A stretch of 64,000 bases of DNA from Hydrurus foetidus (lineage: Eukaryota), in assembly GCA_900617105.1 (NCBI GenBank), contig UYFQ01000012.1:1-64000 (forward strand). Direction: 5' to 3'. The notes beneath the pieces are model-generated. The model made no database searches and had not been told where the DNA came from. It was given only the letters and a program-made list of their open reading frames with translations. Of this stretch, positions 1-10,670 are shown in pieces; the first letter of the stretch is position 1; every line of letters starts with the position of its first letter. The position numbers and the translations under genes are program-made.

Positions 1-2307
1 ATTCATATCACACATTTGTTTCAATTCAGATGTAATGGAGTCAACAGCTATCACCCCTAACTTATTAATTCCCTCATTAACAGTCATTTTGTACAGGTGA
101 GTGTGGTTGTAGAACAGATTACCAACATATTTCTTATCCCATTTACCAAGTTGGTGATTTCTACCACTTCTTCGTAACACGGGTGAGTTTACAACGGGTG
201 GGTCATATGCGGTTTCAATTATGGTGGCAGGTGGTGTGAATACTTCAGTGTGTACAGTTACATCAGCAAAGTCATCTTCATCATCACTTATGCCAAATAT
301 GTCATCTATCAGTGCTTGATCATATTTAGGTTGGGGTACATGTGTGTCATCATGTGTGTCATCATAATAGAGTTCGTCATTATCGTATGTAGTGTCACTC
401 ACATATAGTGTGTCATCTACATACTCATCTAATGTGGGTGGGTGATTTTCATCAGACATATCGAGTTGTGATTCAAGATGTGTTTCGTTATCATTGTGAT
501 CGTTATCTTCAATAATCTCATCGGTGTAATCTGCGTTAGCATTTTCATCGACAGTTTCATATTCAACATCACCAATGTAAGCACTATCATCTTCAACATC
601 GTCATCATCATCGAATACAATGTGACTACTATTCTCAAAGACAGGCTGTTTAACATTGGCAGTTTTTCTCTTTGAAGCTAATACATTTAAGTGTAATATC
701 ACTTCATCAGGCATAGGTAGTACAGTCGCTTTAGTACGTTTTACAATACGTTCGTTAGCTAACAGCATGTAGTACCATGAACCTTCTAGATTACCGGAGC
801 TCATAAGTGCTATAGCCCCGGCTGTTCTTGGTTTGGTAGAGTTATCAATGACATCATTATGCACTTGGACATAATCACCAAAACCGTGTTTAATCTCCTT
901 ATCTACGTCTAACTTTCTTCCAGTTAATTTCTCTCGTGGACTGATGTGATTAAGTGAGTTACGTGTGGGTGCTAATACAATTCTACTGACTGCATACTTA
1001 ACTAACCACACTTCTAATTTCTCATTCAATGAGAACGGTAGAGAATTGACTACTGATCTTACTCTCTCCTTTATGTGTCGTATCTTACGCTCGACTACGG
1101 CTACGGCTTCTCCGGCTCCGGTAACGTCTAGTACTATACCTCTTAAGCCGACTTTGTTGTGAAACCATTCTGTATTGATTGCACCCTCGCCGTCTACTCG
1201 GATCATCTTAACTCTGAATCTGTACTTTACCATGCTTGCTAATGAAGTCTTTAGGCTGTTCCATATGCTCTTATGCTCTCGGTTAGCTAACTTGCTAACG
1301 TATAGGAACTCGATGGGCTGCACTACTGATACTAGATATGGTACTTGGTTGACAAACATTATATCTACATACATGATTTGTTCTGTCTTGTACTCATTAC
1401 CTATCAGTGGTAGCTTCTCTTCTAACTTGGCCTGGTGACTAGTGGTCTTCCCCTTAAGGGATCCCACGTCCGGTCCCCACATATCAATGGCTCTATGTAC
1501 GTCTCGCGCAGTCACTTTGCTATTAGTCAAATTCCCTTGGGATATCAACTTAATAGTCTGTGCTGCGCTAGCGTATCCTAGTCTACGCTGATAGTCTCTA
1601 GCTAACGACGCGTCTCTGACTTCTCTTACTGTATACTTCTTCTTATTCTGCTCTACTGTCGTAACTAACATTGGCATGCATTCTGTTACCATAGTGTCAA
1701 GATTACATTGGTATATATTCATAGTCTCATCTCGTGAGAATCTATAAAAATATTTTCCACTGACGTCTTGCACTATGTAACAATCATAGTCATGTAAGTA
1801 CTTAACATCAGTACAGTCACGTACAGCATTACCAAAAGACAATATATTACCAGCACAGTCAGGGCTATAATACACGTTGCCGAACGCCGACACCCCACGT
1901 TTCTTGATTATCAGCGGTTTTCCTTTCGGATTCACCCCGCTAACAATCATAGGTGTGGGTGCGTGTTCGACATTATACAGCAGGGATGAGTCGTTGAAAA
2001 CCGACTCACCAGCACATGTGTCAAGCAGAATGTGTCTACTTCTAATCATGTTATATATATTGCATGTATTGGCACTAAAAACAATATGATCACATGTTTC
2101 AATTCCGCTAGTGGAATCAGCCAAACATGGAGGATCGGTGTGTATGGGTGTGTGTGTAAATGTAAGTGCGGGTGTATGTACAGGTGTGGGTGTGGGTGAG
2201 TGTACGGGTGGAGAATAATGTATCTTACTTAGTTTACCGATTTTCCACTGGGTGCTGGTGCACCCGCTTGGCTTTCCGCTGTACACTCGTATGAGTAGTG
2301 CCCAAGT
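1..2307 (-). CDS. pol: Pol frame (protease, integrase, start of reverse transcriptase), truncated by window edge
   Basis: Manual translation is open from the TGA at 2308-2310 to base 1 (absent from the ORF track because it has no stop). Motifs: RHILLDTCAGESVF (aspartic protease); MYVDIMF...IRVDGEG...VVERKIRHIKERVR (integrase); acidic linker; MTVNEGINKLG...ELKQM (copia RT N-terminus-like). Confidence 0.9.
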
Positions 2308-3332
2308 TCACCGCATTTATTGCAGTTGCCGGGACGGGTGCCGTACGACGTACGCCCACCCTTCCCTCTGCCCCCGTTCCCATTGACTTTCCCTTTCTCA
2401 GTTGGTCTCTCACCGCCAGCCGTTTTCGTAGCGAAAACATTGGTCTGGTTGGGTGGTATTGCTGCTGCTGACTTCTTCGGGGTGACCTTGGCCATCTCGA
2501 GGTACGCGTCCTCGAGGGTGTCTGGCCAGTCTTTGAGCCTGTGCTCGTAGTACTCCACGTAATGACGGTATCCGGAATTCAATCCGTTCATAAATTTCAT
2601 CCCAGTGAGTACTTCGTTGTGGGCGGTCATGGCCTCGTTGAACTCGGGCATGACTCCTAACGCCCGCATCGTGTCCTCGTACCCAGATTTCAACGCTTTA
2701 AAGCGTTGATAGTAGTACTTTAGCACATCGTTCTGCTCCATTTTGACTGTCTCATACGCCATTCGGACTCTCAGCAGGTTCTGATCTGCTCCCAGCCTCG
2801 GATCCGATAGGTGAGTCAATATGATGGCTCTCAACAGTAGCAGCGGATCCTCTGCAGTCATCGCTGCAAGTCCGGTTTCAGCTTCTCGAATTGTCGCTTT
2901 CGACGCTTCGCTAATTTGACCGAGCATTAGTCCGAAGACTTGCTTCCGGTCCTCTCTCAGAGTAAGGACGTTTCTGTCGTATAGCTCCAATGCTCGCTTC
3001 CATTTTGTAGATACCATAAAGTTCGCATCGGCTGCTATGTCCGCTGGAGCGACATATTGCGGGTAATCACCCGGTATGCCCTCGTTGCCGAATATCTCTG
3101 AGATATCGGACTTGTAGTTCGCGCGAGTATACTCGCGGAACTTCCTCATCCATGTGCTTACGCTACCATGGTTCATCTCTCTTCCAAGATCCAGGAATGC
3201 GCCAATCGCGGCTACCGTTCCTGTTCTTGGTGGAGGCTTCGCACCGCGGCCAGCATTCCCTCTGCCACCATTGGCAGGGTTTGCTCGACCGCCTGCGGTG
3301 TTGTGTTCTCGGCCTCGGCCTCTGCCTTTCAT
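2229..3332 (-). CDS. gag: Gag protein, 367 aa
   Basis: C-terminal zinc knuckle CNKCGELGHYSYEC, RG-rich termini, located between LTR and pol. Confidence 0.9.
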   Translation of the reverse strand: MKGRGRGREHNTAGGRANPANGGRGNAGRGAKPPPRTGTVAAIGAFLDLGREMNHGSVSTWMRKFREYTRANYKSDISEIFGNEGIPGDYPQYVAPADIAADANFMVSTKWKRALELYDRNVLTLREDRKQVFGLMLGQISEASKATIREAETGLAAMTAEDPLLLLRAIILTHLSDPRLGADQNLLRVRMAYETVKMEQNDVLKYYYQRFKALKSGYEDTMRALGVMPEFNEAMTAHNEVLTGMKFMNGLNSGYRHYVEYYEHRLKDWPDTLEDAYLEMAKVTPKKSAAAIPPNQTNVFATKTAGGERPTEKGKVNGNGGRGKGGRTSYGTRPGNCNKCGELGHYSYECTAESQAGAPAPSGKSVN

Positions 3333-3369
3333 GTTGCAACTGGTTGCAACGAAAGCAACTCGTTAATTA

Positions 3370-3734
3370 TGTCGTAACTAAGGATCAGTTTCCACTGAAT
3401 GGAAGACTATATCCTTCCTGGGTACGCGCTCCTTCTGCAGGTTCAACACGTGCGCTAGCAACTTTCCCGGGCTCAAGGCGAAAGCTCTGCTGGTGTGAGT
3501 ATTAAGGTAATTAACGATGCAACATCGCTTACATCGTTCATGGAGACAGGCGAAAAGATCGCGCTGTCCCGCACAGTCAAACATGGTGCACTTTCATCTT
3601 TTTGATGTTCCTGGGTTAAAGGAACCTGGACCGGTGGAGTAGCGACCACCACACGGCACACGACGTACGAAACGTCATCAAATGTACATACGTAATAACT
3701 TATACGGTTACTTAGCTCATTAGTTATTCCGACA
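3370..3734 (-). repeat. Putative 5' LTR (~365 bp)
   Basis: Minus strand starts TGTCGGAATAACTA (3734) and ends TAGTTACGACA (3370): TG...CA termini with an imperfect terminal inverted repeat (TGTCG..TAACTA). The 3' LTR is outside the window, so the boundaries cannot be confirmed by LTR-LTR comparison. Confidence 0.7.
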
Positions 3735-3894
3735 AATAGAACCGTTGAAAGTTGGCAGCATCAGATCGAGCTCACAGATCGATTACAGCTGGAGTTGGAG
3801 TTTTTCACAGGATGAAGTCATTTTGCTTAAGGACCACCATGAAGGCAGCAACAACTCTAGCTCGGCCTCCACCATCTGTTCTAAATTTGCGACT

Positions 3895-5897
3895 ATGAAT
3901 TACACAAATTCGAGTATGCGACTTAACGACGTACCAGATCTTGCCGGTGCGTTAGCAGCATCTGTTCACAGGGATAGAGAAAAAGAGAGGTTGTACGAAG
4001 AAGAAAGGCAAAAGTGGGTGCTTTCCTATGAAGAAAAGAGCTCGATGATTGAACAGTTGGAGCGCGAATTAATGTCAACCGTTGACGCACTCATTAAGGA
4101 GAAGCAGGAGAAAACTGAAGCCCAGCATGAACTAATTCAGTCAAGTAGGAGAGGATCAAGTTCACCATACCCACGACGATCGAGTGATTACCGCATCGGT
4201 AAAAACTCTCCGGGCTATGATGCATCAAACTCGCCTAACATCCGTAATATTCGAATCGACCCCAGTAAAGTGCACCTTATTGAAAATGACAATTCAAACC
4301 ATCGGATACTCGAGCTACTGCGACAATCTCAGGAAGAAACAGCTCTTGTGCGGAGAGATCTGACTAATTTTCGTAAAGAAACAAATCTCATGTCTGATCA
4401 GATACTAGACCAAAAGCGTCAAATCAATAGATTGATCGAAGAAAATGAGCAAATCGCCAAATCACTACAGAATAGTAACAGCAAAGTTCTCCTCAGAGAC
4501 CAACAGGTCATTAGCACATTAATTCAACCATGATCCAATAGTCTCTGACACAATTTATAATGTCCCTTGTGGTTTTTGAATGCTTGTTCCTTTAGATTTC
4601 AGAATTCGAAGCGGGTAGGGAAGGAAATAGAGAGAGAGAGACTAAATTGTCTGATCTCATCACTGCCCTAGAAAGACAACTGTCGCGTCAAACAGCTGAC
4701 ATTTCTAAATTCAAAATAGATCTGCAATCAGCGAGGACTGACGTGATTTCACTCGAGCAATTTATTGATCAAATGTCTCGCAAGAGCGAAGATAAGGATC
4801 TCTTAGGCAATGTTCCATTAAGCTCTGAATCCATGCAGAACAGGTTCCTGGAGATGGAACGCATTGCGATTGAGGTTACTCGTAGAGCAGAATCAGCGGA
4901 AAGATCTCTATACACCCTGATTGCGGCTGAACCTGTCACACTCGGAACTGCTCCTGTCCCCAATTCGTTTCATGAAGCGAGCTCATTTGAGATGGTTCCA
5001 ATTCCTGCAACACCATGCCCTGTTCCCGTTGACATGGAACCTATTCACTGCCTCCAAGATTCAGTAGAGCGCAGCCCTCAAAACTACAGCGATTCTAGTT
5101 ACCATTGGCGGCCTGCGTTTGAAAGTGGTAGTGAGGATTGTCACAGGGGTGCTTCAGTGAACTTTGAGCAAAATGCCGCAACAATAGAGAAAAGATCTGT
5201 TGAAGGCCAAATTGTTGATGGACCTCCTCAACAGAAGACTAGTTCACGGGTGAGAAAGAAATTGAAAGATGCATCAACGAGTCCTGGTTCAGCAAATCGG
5301 TTAGTGAGAGGACTCACTTTGGGCTTCGCTGTCTCGGAAGATCATAATGCGCGACGCTGTGTTGGTGTCGACAGGCCTCGATGCTCCGGCCCATCTGTGA
5401 AAGTCGTTCGCAGCCAGAACATCAGTCAAGGCTCTGAATGCATCAGCCAAAGAAGTGGGGCTTTTGTGGGGCGTAAAGAAAACCCACACAACGCACGGAC
5501 GAGGCCTTTCACTCCTAGCGAGAAGTCCAGGGCGATCAGAGAATGCTCTAGAATGCAGTCTAGCTCTCGATCTGTCCCGCTGATTGGACGGAATCCTAGG
5601 ACTAGTGTGGCCCATATAACGGCAGCGGCCAAGGCGTGTCTGCCGAAGCGGAAATTGTATCGAGAAAACACTTTTCTTGTGCGGTACGAGAGTCAAGGGG
5701 GAACTGGATGGAGCAACGTAGCACGCACGACTGGGGACACGGAGAGTGGCAGAGTAAAACGTAGAAATCCAGTGAAGACAGGGAGGAAACTCACTGACGT
5801 GCCGAGTCTACGGGAAAAGAATATATCCCCCCTCACTGAAAGAACGAGAAGGCGAAGCATACAGGTCCGTCAGTGCAGTCCATTGCTCACTGTTTGA
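3895..5897 (+). CDS. Hypothetical protein with N-terminal coiled coil and disordered basic C-terminus
   Basis: Exon 3895-4506 and exon from 4596 join in frame across a GT..AG intron (4507-4595); E/K/Q/R-rich heptads. A further short 3' exon near 5995-6048 is possible. Confidence 0.7.
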
Positions 5898-6459
5898 AAG
5901 CTGCTGCATTCATCGAGGGCAATCACCATTTCAACTTTCGTGTCTGTGAGCTGACGCTGTTGATCACGGCACATTTCTCTATTTCTATGTGTAGGTCAGA
6001 ATACCTACTTTAATGGCGGACCATACTACTGTCCAAGCACCGCTCTAGTCGCTCGAAATGACGGGAAGGCTAGAGATTTCTTTTTAAATTAACCAAGTAT
6101 ATTGTTCTCCATCTTCTTTGATATCGATCTGAAAATCATCAGAGTTCTGACTAGCCTTAATCGTCGGAGGAAACGCAAAACGTAGCAACTTCAGGAATTT
6201 GCACAGCGTTCGTTCCTTCCGCAGGTCGAGCATCACATGACATGCGATAGTTGCATTTAATGACAGCTTCTTTTCAACCGTCGTATTTAGGACATTGTCT
6301 GAAACACGTCTCTAGTAAACTCTCTAAAACAACAAAATCTCCAAGTCGTTCTCACGAAATTGCATACCTAACATTGAATTTTACAAAAGTTTTGAATCTA
6401 CTCTTCGACAATAAAGTTGCCGACAAGTTGCAGGAAAGCGTTTGAACGATAGATGAGCT

Positions 6460-6743
6460 TTATTTGCGGTCGATCTTAGGGGTCGGTAGTTGTGCGGTAT
6501 CTGTCACATCTTCGCTTAATCTTGGGTCGGGATCGGGGAGAACAAATTTGTACGCAATGTAAGCCGAGAAAGCAACTTGTGAAGAATACAGTACCTGGCA
6601 TATATTTGTTAGGATAGCGGGGAGTGAGGAATGGCTTCTCCTCGGAATCGTCTCAGATGTCGGAGGCAATGAATTGTTTGAAGGTTGAGACAACTTACCT
6701 TCCAAGGAGTGCTGAGTGTAAGAAATTTCTCTAACAGTAGCAT
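6460..6743 (-). CDS. Possible small (~59 aa) membrane protein
   Basis: ATG at 6743, AAG|GTAAGT donor at 6698, CAG acceptor at 6595; splices in frame to MLLLEKFLTLSTPWKVLYSSQVAFSAYIAYKFVLPDPDP...DRK. The start may lie further upstream. Confidence 0.4.
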
Positions 6744-7131
6744 TGAGAGTTGTCTCGGAGATAAGCTGGTCGGATGACCACCAGCTTCGATTTGGTGGAT
6801 CCAAGAAGAGCGTTGTGGTTTTGATGGCACGGTGATGCTAAAAGGAAGGCAATAGCTTTTGGAAAGAGCGATCAACAATCAACAATCCCTTGATCTCGAT
6901 TCCTTCCTGTTCACAGAGGAATAGGAATGTGCATTCGATTTAGCCGCAGCAAGTACGGCTAACTTACGGGGGCAAATGCCGCTGGACAACAAAACAACAT
7001 CAAGATCTTGGATTTCGATTTCATGATTGCATCTATCGTCACAGACCCTACTTGCAACGAACAACGAACACTGGAACCTTGAAGAACAACTGAACCATCA
7101 GATATCTTCGTGCAGTTCAGGTTATAAGATC

Positions 7132-7554
7132 ATGTCCTCGAGCTTAATCTACGGACTGGTCGTAATCATAGCGGTGCTGTCGAATGCCCGAGCATTCTCG
7201 TTGACGAGAAGTAGTGGTACTTGCTTAAGTAGTCCCATGGATCATAGGTCAATTCAACCAATAAATCAGGTCGTTGCGAGGCGTCAAATGGATCTGAACC
7301 TCTTTCCAAATTTACAATCAATCTTTCTTGCTGAGGGTGGACTTGACGCCGAAACATTGGAGTCCTTAGGTGACCTTCAAGAGCTAAACGAGGCGCTCGA
7401 TGGTGCAATAGACGCTGCAAATCCTGCCGTTGGCATATTATCAAAATTAGTTGCATCACCCGCATTCTTGGCGATACCTATTGGAGCAGGAGTTGCTGTA
7501 TCCTTCATCATCGGCTACTTTATATTCTCTTATGGTCAGGGAAAGGACGATTGA
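7132..7554 (+). CDS. Plastid-targeted hypothetical protein with a C-terminal transmembrane helix
   Basis: Hydrophobic signal peptide ending NARA-F, Ser/Arg-rich transit peptide, acidic helix, TM segment FLAIPIGAGVAVSFIIGYFIF. Confidence 0.75.
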   Translation: MSSSLIYGLVVIIAVLSNARAFSLTRSSGTCLSSPMDHRSIQPINQVVARRQMDLNLFPNLQSIFLAEGGLDAETLESLGDLQELNEALDGAIDAANPAVGILSKLVASPAFLAIPIGAGVAVSFIIGYFIFSYGQGKDD

Positions 7555-8080
7555 AGACCCTAGATATGATAACTTTTTACAAAAGTATGAATCCCTGTTG
7601 CCATTTTACATGTTCTAAAGCAATGCTCACTATCATTTTGATTAGCCTCAGACGATGCACTGTCGGAGACGCTCACGTCGTGTCTTATTTCTGTCAGCCG
7701 CCAACTGATGTCACTGGCAGCCCGAAGTTATTTCCTATCATAACTGCACTGTGTCTGGATTGCCCCCTACTGATCTGTAATAATATGTCTTCGTGATAAT
7801 TTTTGAGATTTTTTTTCGACAGAACACCTCTACGGTGTTACCTACGCGGTGCCAGATTAGTTAGCGTTCATGTTACTCTGTTACTAAAATCGTGCGCATC
7901 CCATTCAAATTTGTATATGAAATGATGAACATCGGGCCGCGCGGTAGAAGTAAAGGCAATGTAGACGCACTTTCTGATCTTAGTAATTACAAGAGCATAA
8001 ATACTTCGAACATTGACGAAGCAGATTGGTTACTGATGATGACGAATATAGTGAATGAGTCCATTAGAACGGTGCAACGC

Positions 8081-8690
8081 TTATTTGCCGGCAGCGGCTT
8101 TCTTGGCCTTCATCTCTGCGTTGTACTCCTGCGTTTTCGCGGAGGCAGATTTAGAGTCGGTGAGTGTCAAAAGTTGACAAAGATTTCTTATAAATGAGTT
8201 TTTGATGATAAAGCGAGCACTTGACTTTTTATACTTCTGAAATTACGCACCGCGAAACTCTGTGGGACGTCCTCCTTGACGAAACTAACATATCCAGTAT
8301 CTCCAGGGCATTTTCCCTTCTTGTCCATTTTGTACTGATCGCAGCTTGCCTTGGAGGCGGCCTTGGCGGCTGCCTCTGCCTTGGCGAGGGCGGCGTAGGC
8401 CTTCAAGTGAAGTTTCACCGCATGCGATAGTTAGCGAGTAATTTTGCCTGAGACAGTCTTCAGTTAAGTTCGCCTGGAAGCAGTGGACTTACTGCGAAAT
8501 CAGCAGGGACATCCTGCTTGACGAAGCTCACGTATCCAGTGTCGCCAGGGCATCTTCCCTTCTTGTCTCTCTTGTACTCATCGCATTCAGTGGCAGAAAT
8601 TGAAGATTTTCTGGCGAATCTTGCGGCGGGTGCGAAAGCTGATGCGAACGCAACAAGCGCAACGAAGAGGAGGATTACTTTGGCGAACAT
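8081..8690 (-). CDS. Small plastid-targeted protein (~131 aa) with two Cys-pair repeats, 3 exons
   Basis: Exons 8493-8690, 8251-8400, 8081-8128 with phase-0 GT-AG introns. Signal peptide with FASAFAP; repeats CDEYKRDKKGRCPGDTGYVSFVKQDVPADFA and CDQYKMDKKGKCPGDTGYVSFVKEDVPQSFA. Confidence 0.88.
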
Positions 8691-9051
8691 GATTGAGTTG
8701 GATGATAAAATAATATTTATCTTTAGCGTAGAAGTATTAACCCTCCGCCTCAGGTTTCTTGTTGCACCACATGTTGTGTGAGTTCAAGAGTTCAATTTTC
8801 AGTTTTTTATGCGGCGGAACGGATGCGAAATCCTGTGGAGGCGCTTTTTCTTTTTTTATAGCATGTTGCACTTCTGGAAGTTCAGCATAACTAATACCTA
8901 ATATATATATTGTGCAGCAATTTTGCATCGCGTACAGAATCCAATCCTTCACAATTGAATGGCGAGCAGTGAGCACTGATTCTATGTCAACAATTTACTA
9001 AACAGTGTGAGGATAATATCAGGTCCTTTCTTTTTTCTCACAGCTTGAGGC

Positions 9052-9309
9052 CATTCCTTGTGGGAGACAAAGTACTAAGTACAAAATTTGAGTTGTTTTT
9101 TTTTTGGTGATATTTGGCGCAACTTTGTCTCGCCGATTTGCCAGACAAATTTTTACGTCTTTTTTGTCTCGGAAGGACCTGACAAAGTTGAAAAAACAAA
9201 AAAATGGATTTTTATTTTTTGTTTTGTTCCCCACAAGGTACGACAGAGCGAGACAAAGTCAACAAAAACTCCAATTTTGTACTTTGTTTTTGTACTCCCA
9301 CAAGGAATG
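9052..9309. mobile_element. Foldback/MITE-like element with nested inverted repeats
   Basis: CATTCCTTGTGGGAG (9052-9066) pairs with CTCCCACAAGGAATG (9295-9309). Inner arms: ACAAAATTTGAGTT / AACTCCAATTTTGT and ACTTTGTCTCGC / GCGAGACAAAGT. Confidence 0.6.
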
Positions 9310-9751
9310 CACTGATAGTCTGATGTTTGTTCTTGCACACAATTGAAGACCATGGCATTGTAAACTCTTATTATAACTCAATATCGAGGTACCTTTCCTT
9401 TAAAGAATTCCCGACATGAGCAACTAAAACCGAGTCCCGAAACAAGATAAACATTAAGACCAAAACTACAGGATGAAGAATTTTTACCGTCAACAAATAG
9501 TACATTAAAGAAAGATGTAGTCGCCAATTCATGAAAAAAGGACATGATTGTCGAAACAAAAAAGCACAGCCGGTACACTGAATCGCTACGGTATAGAAAG
9601 ATTTATTTCTTGATACTCCTCTCCTTCGTCCCATAATTACTGTGACAATGCACGGCTAATTTACTACCTATCCAAATCCCTTGACTTAAAGTTATCAATA
9701 ATATAAAGTAATGGATTTGAAATAAATTGCGAGACTTCCTCATGATCAATT

Positions 9752-10475
9752 TCACGCACGGGCCCATTGGACGGTGACTGCATTCGAAGCATCCGTTTCT
9801 TCGTCTTCCATGCAGTTCACACGAGTGCCGCACTTGATTCTCTTCGGCTCTGGAGAGAAAGTCATAATAGAGTCTGTGCAAGACTCCTGAGTAGGAATGG
9901 AGAGTATGGTGGGGATGCTCTCCATGGAGAAGTCGGACTGGCAGCTATCTGCAGTTAACTTCAGATCGCTGTCATCATCACATGAGACGATACTGGACGG
10001 TTCTTTGCACTGGTTAGAAGTTGAAGCAACTCCTTTACCATTCCTTCCATCCGCGATATTATTTTCAATGATCGGCATCCAGAGGGGTATGATCGTAGGT
10101 CGATTCTTCATGCGGAGAAACACAGAATACTCCTCTCCTGATATGAAAAGCCGATGTTCTTTTACAACAAAAAGATACGCAACTAACCAATAGTAACTGA
10201 CAGGAAATCGAAATTAATGCACCTGTTACTATACGAAATCCGTGCTGCCTCATATCCTCTTTCTTGGATCTAAAAATGTCCTCCTCATCTTCATCCTCTT
10301 TATTTTCTTCATGGGCTGCAGGATCGCCTTCTGCATTTGCAAATCCCCCAGTCCTTATCACAGTGACTTGCTTCATGTCAGGAAATTTTTCGACATCCGA
10401 CCAGGGATTTGTGACAACAGCGACGCGAATAATCTCATCGAGCTGTGAAACGGTGCAACTTAGTAAATTAGCCAT
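9752..10475 (-). CDS. Hypothetical protein or gene fragment
   Basis: Two overlapping protein-like ORFs (acidic tract; Ser-rich tail) that could be joined by a ~40-nt GT-AG intron. No recognisable domain. Confidence 0.3.
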
Positions 10476-10670
10476 TACTCAAAATATTTGGGATCTCTGT
10501 GGCAGAATTTGAGGGCTGTCTGCAGTATAATAAAATATTGCAGATTAGTTCCATGACAATCAGAAACTTTCGAACCGACTTCTTCAACTTCTGCAAGTAG
10601 TTATACAGGTTGTAATGATAATGGATAGATAATGACTACTGAACATCACTCCAATCTTGGCAGTTTCCTA

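Larger units (their letters stand above)
1..3734 (-). mobile_element. Ty1/copia LTR retrotransposon (resembles diatom CoDi-type), 5' portion; runs off the left edge of the window
   Basis: On the minus strand: LTR-like segment, gag with CCHC knuckle, then protease (ILLDTCA), integrase (D,D,E) and the start of an RT-like region. PR-IN-RT is the copia domain order. Confidence 0.93.

Noticed and set aside
429..2089. Short ORF-track entries within the retrotransposon
   Set aside because: Alternative-frame or antisense shadows of the pol frame.
3630..3650. TGGTCGCTACTCC on the element strand as an alternative tRNA PBS
   Set aside because: Not preceded by a CA LTR end with an inverted repeat, would imply an LTR under 90 bp, and I cannot match it to a tRNA 3' end. 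Worth rechecking once the 3' LTR is available.
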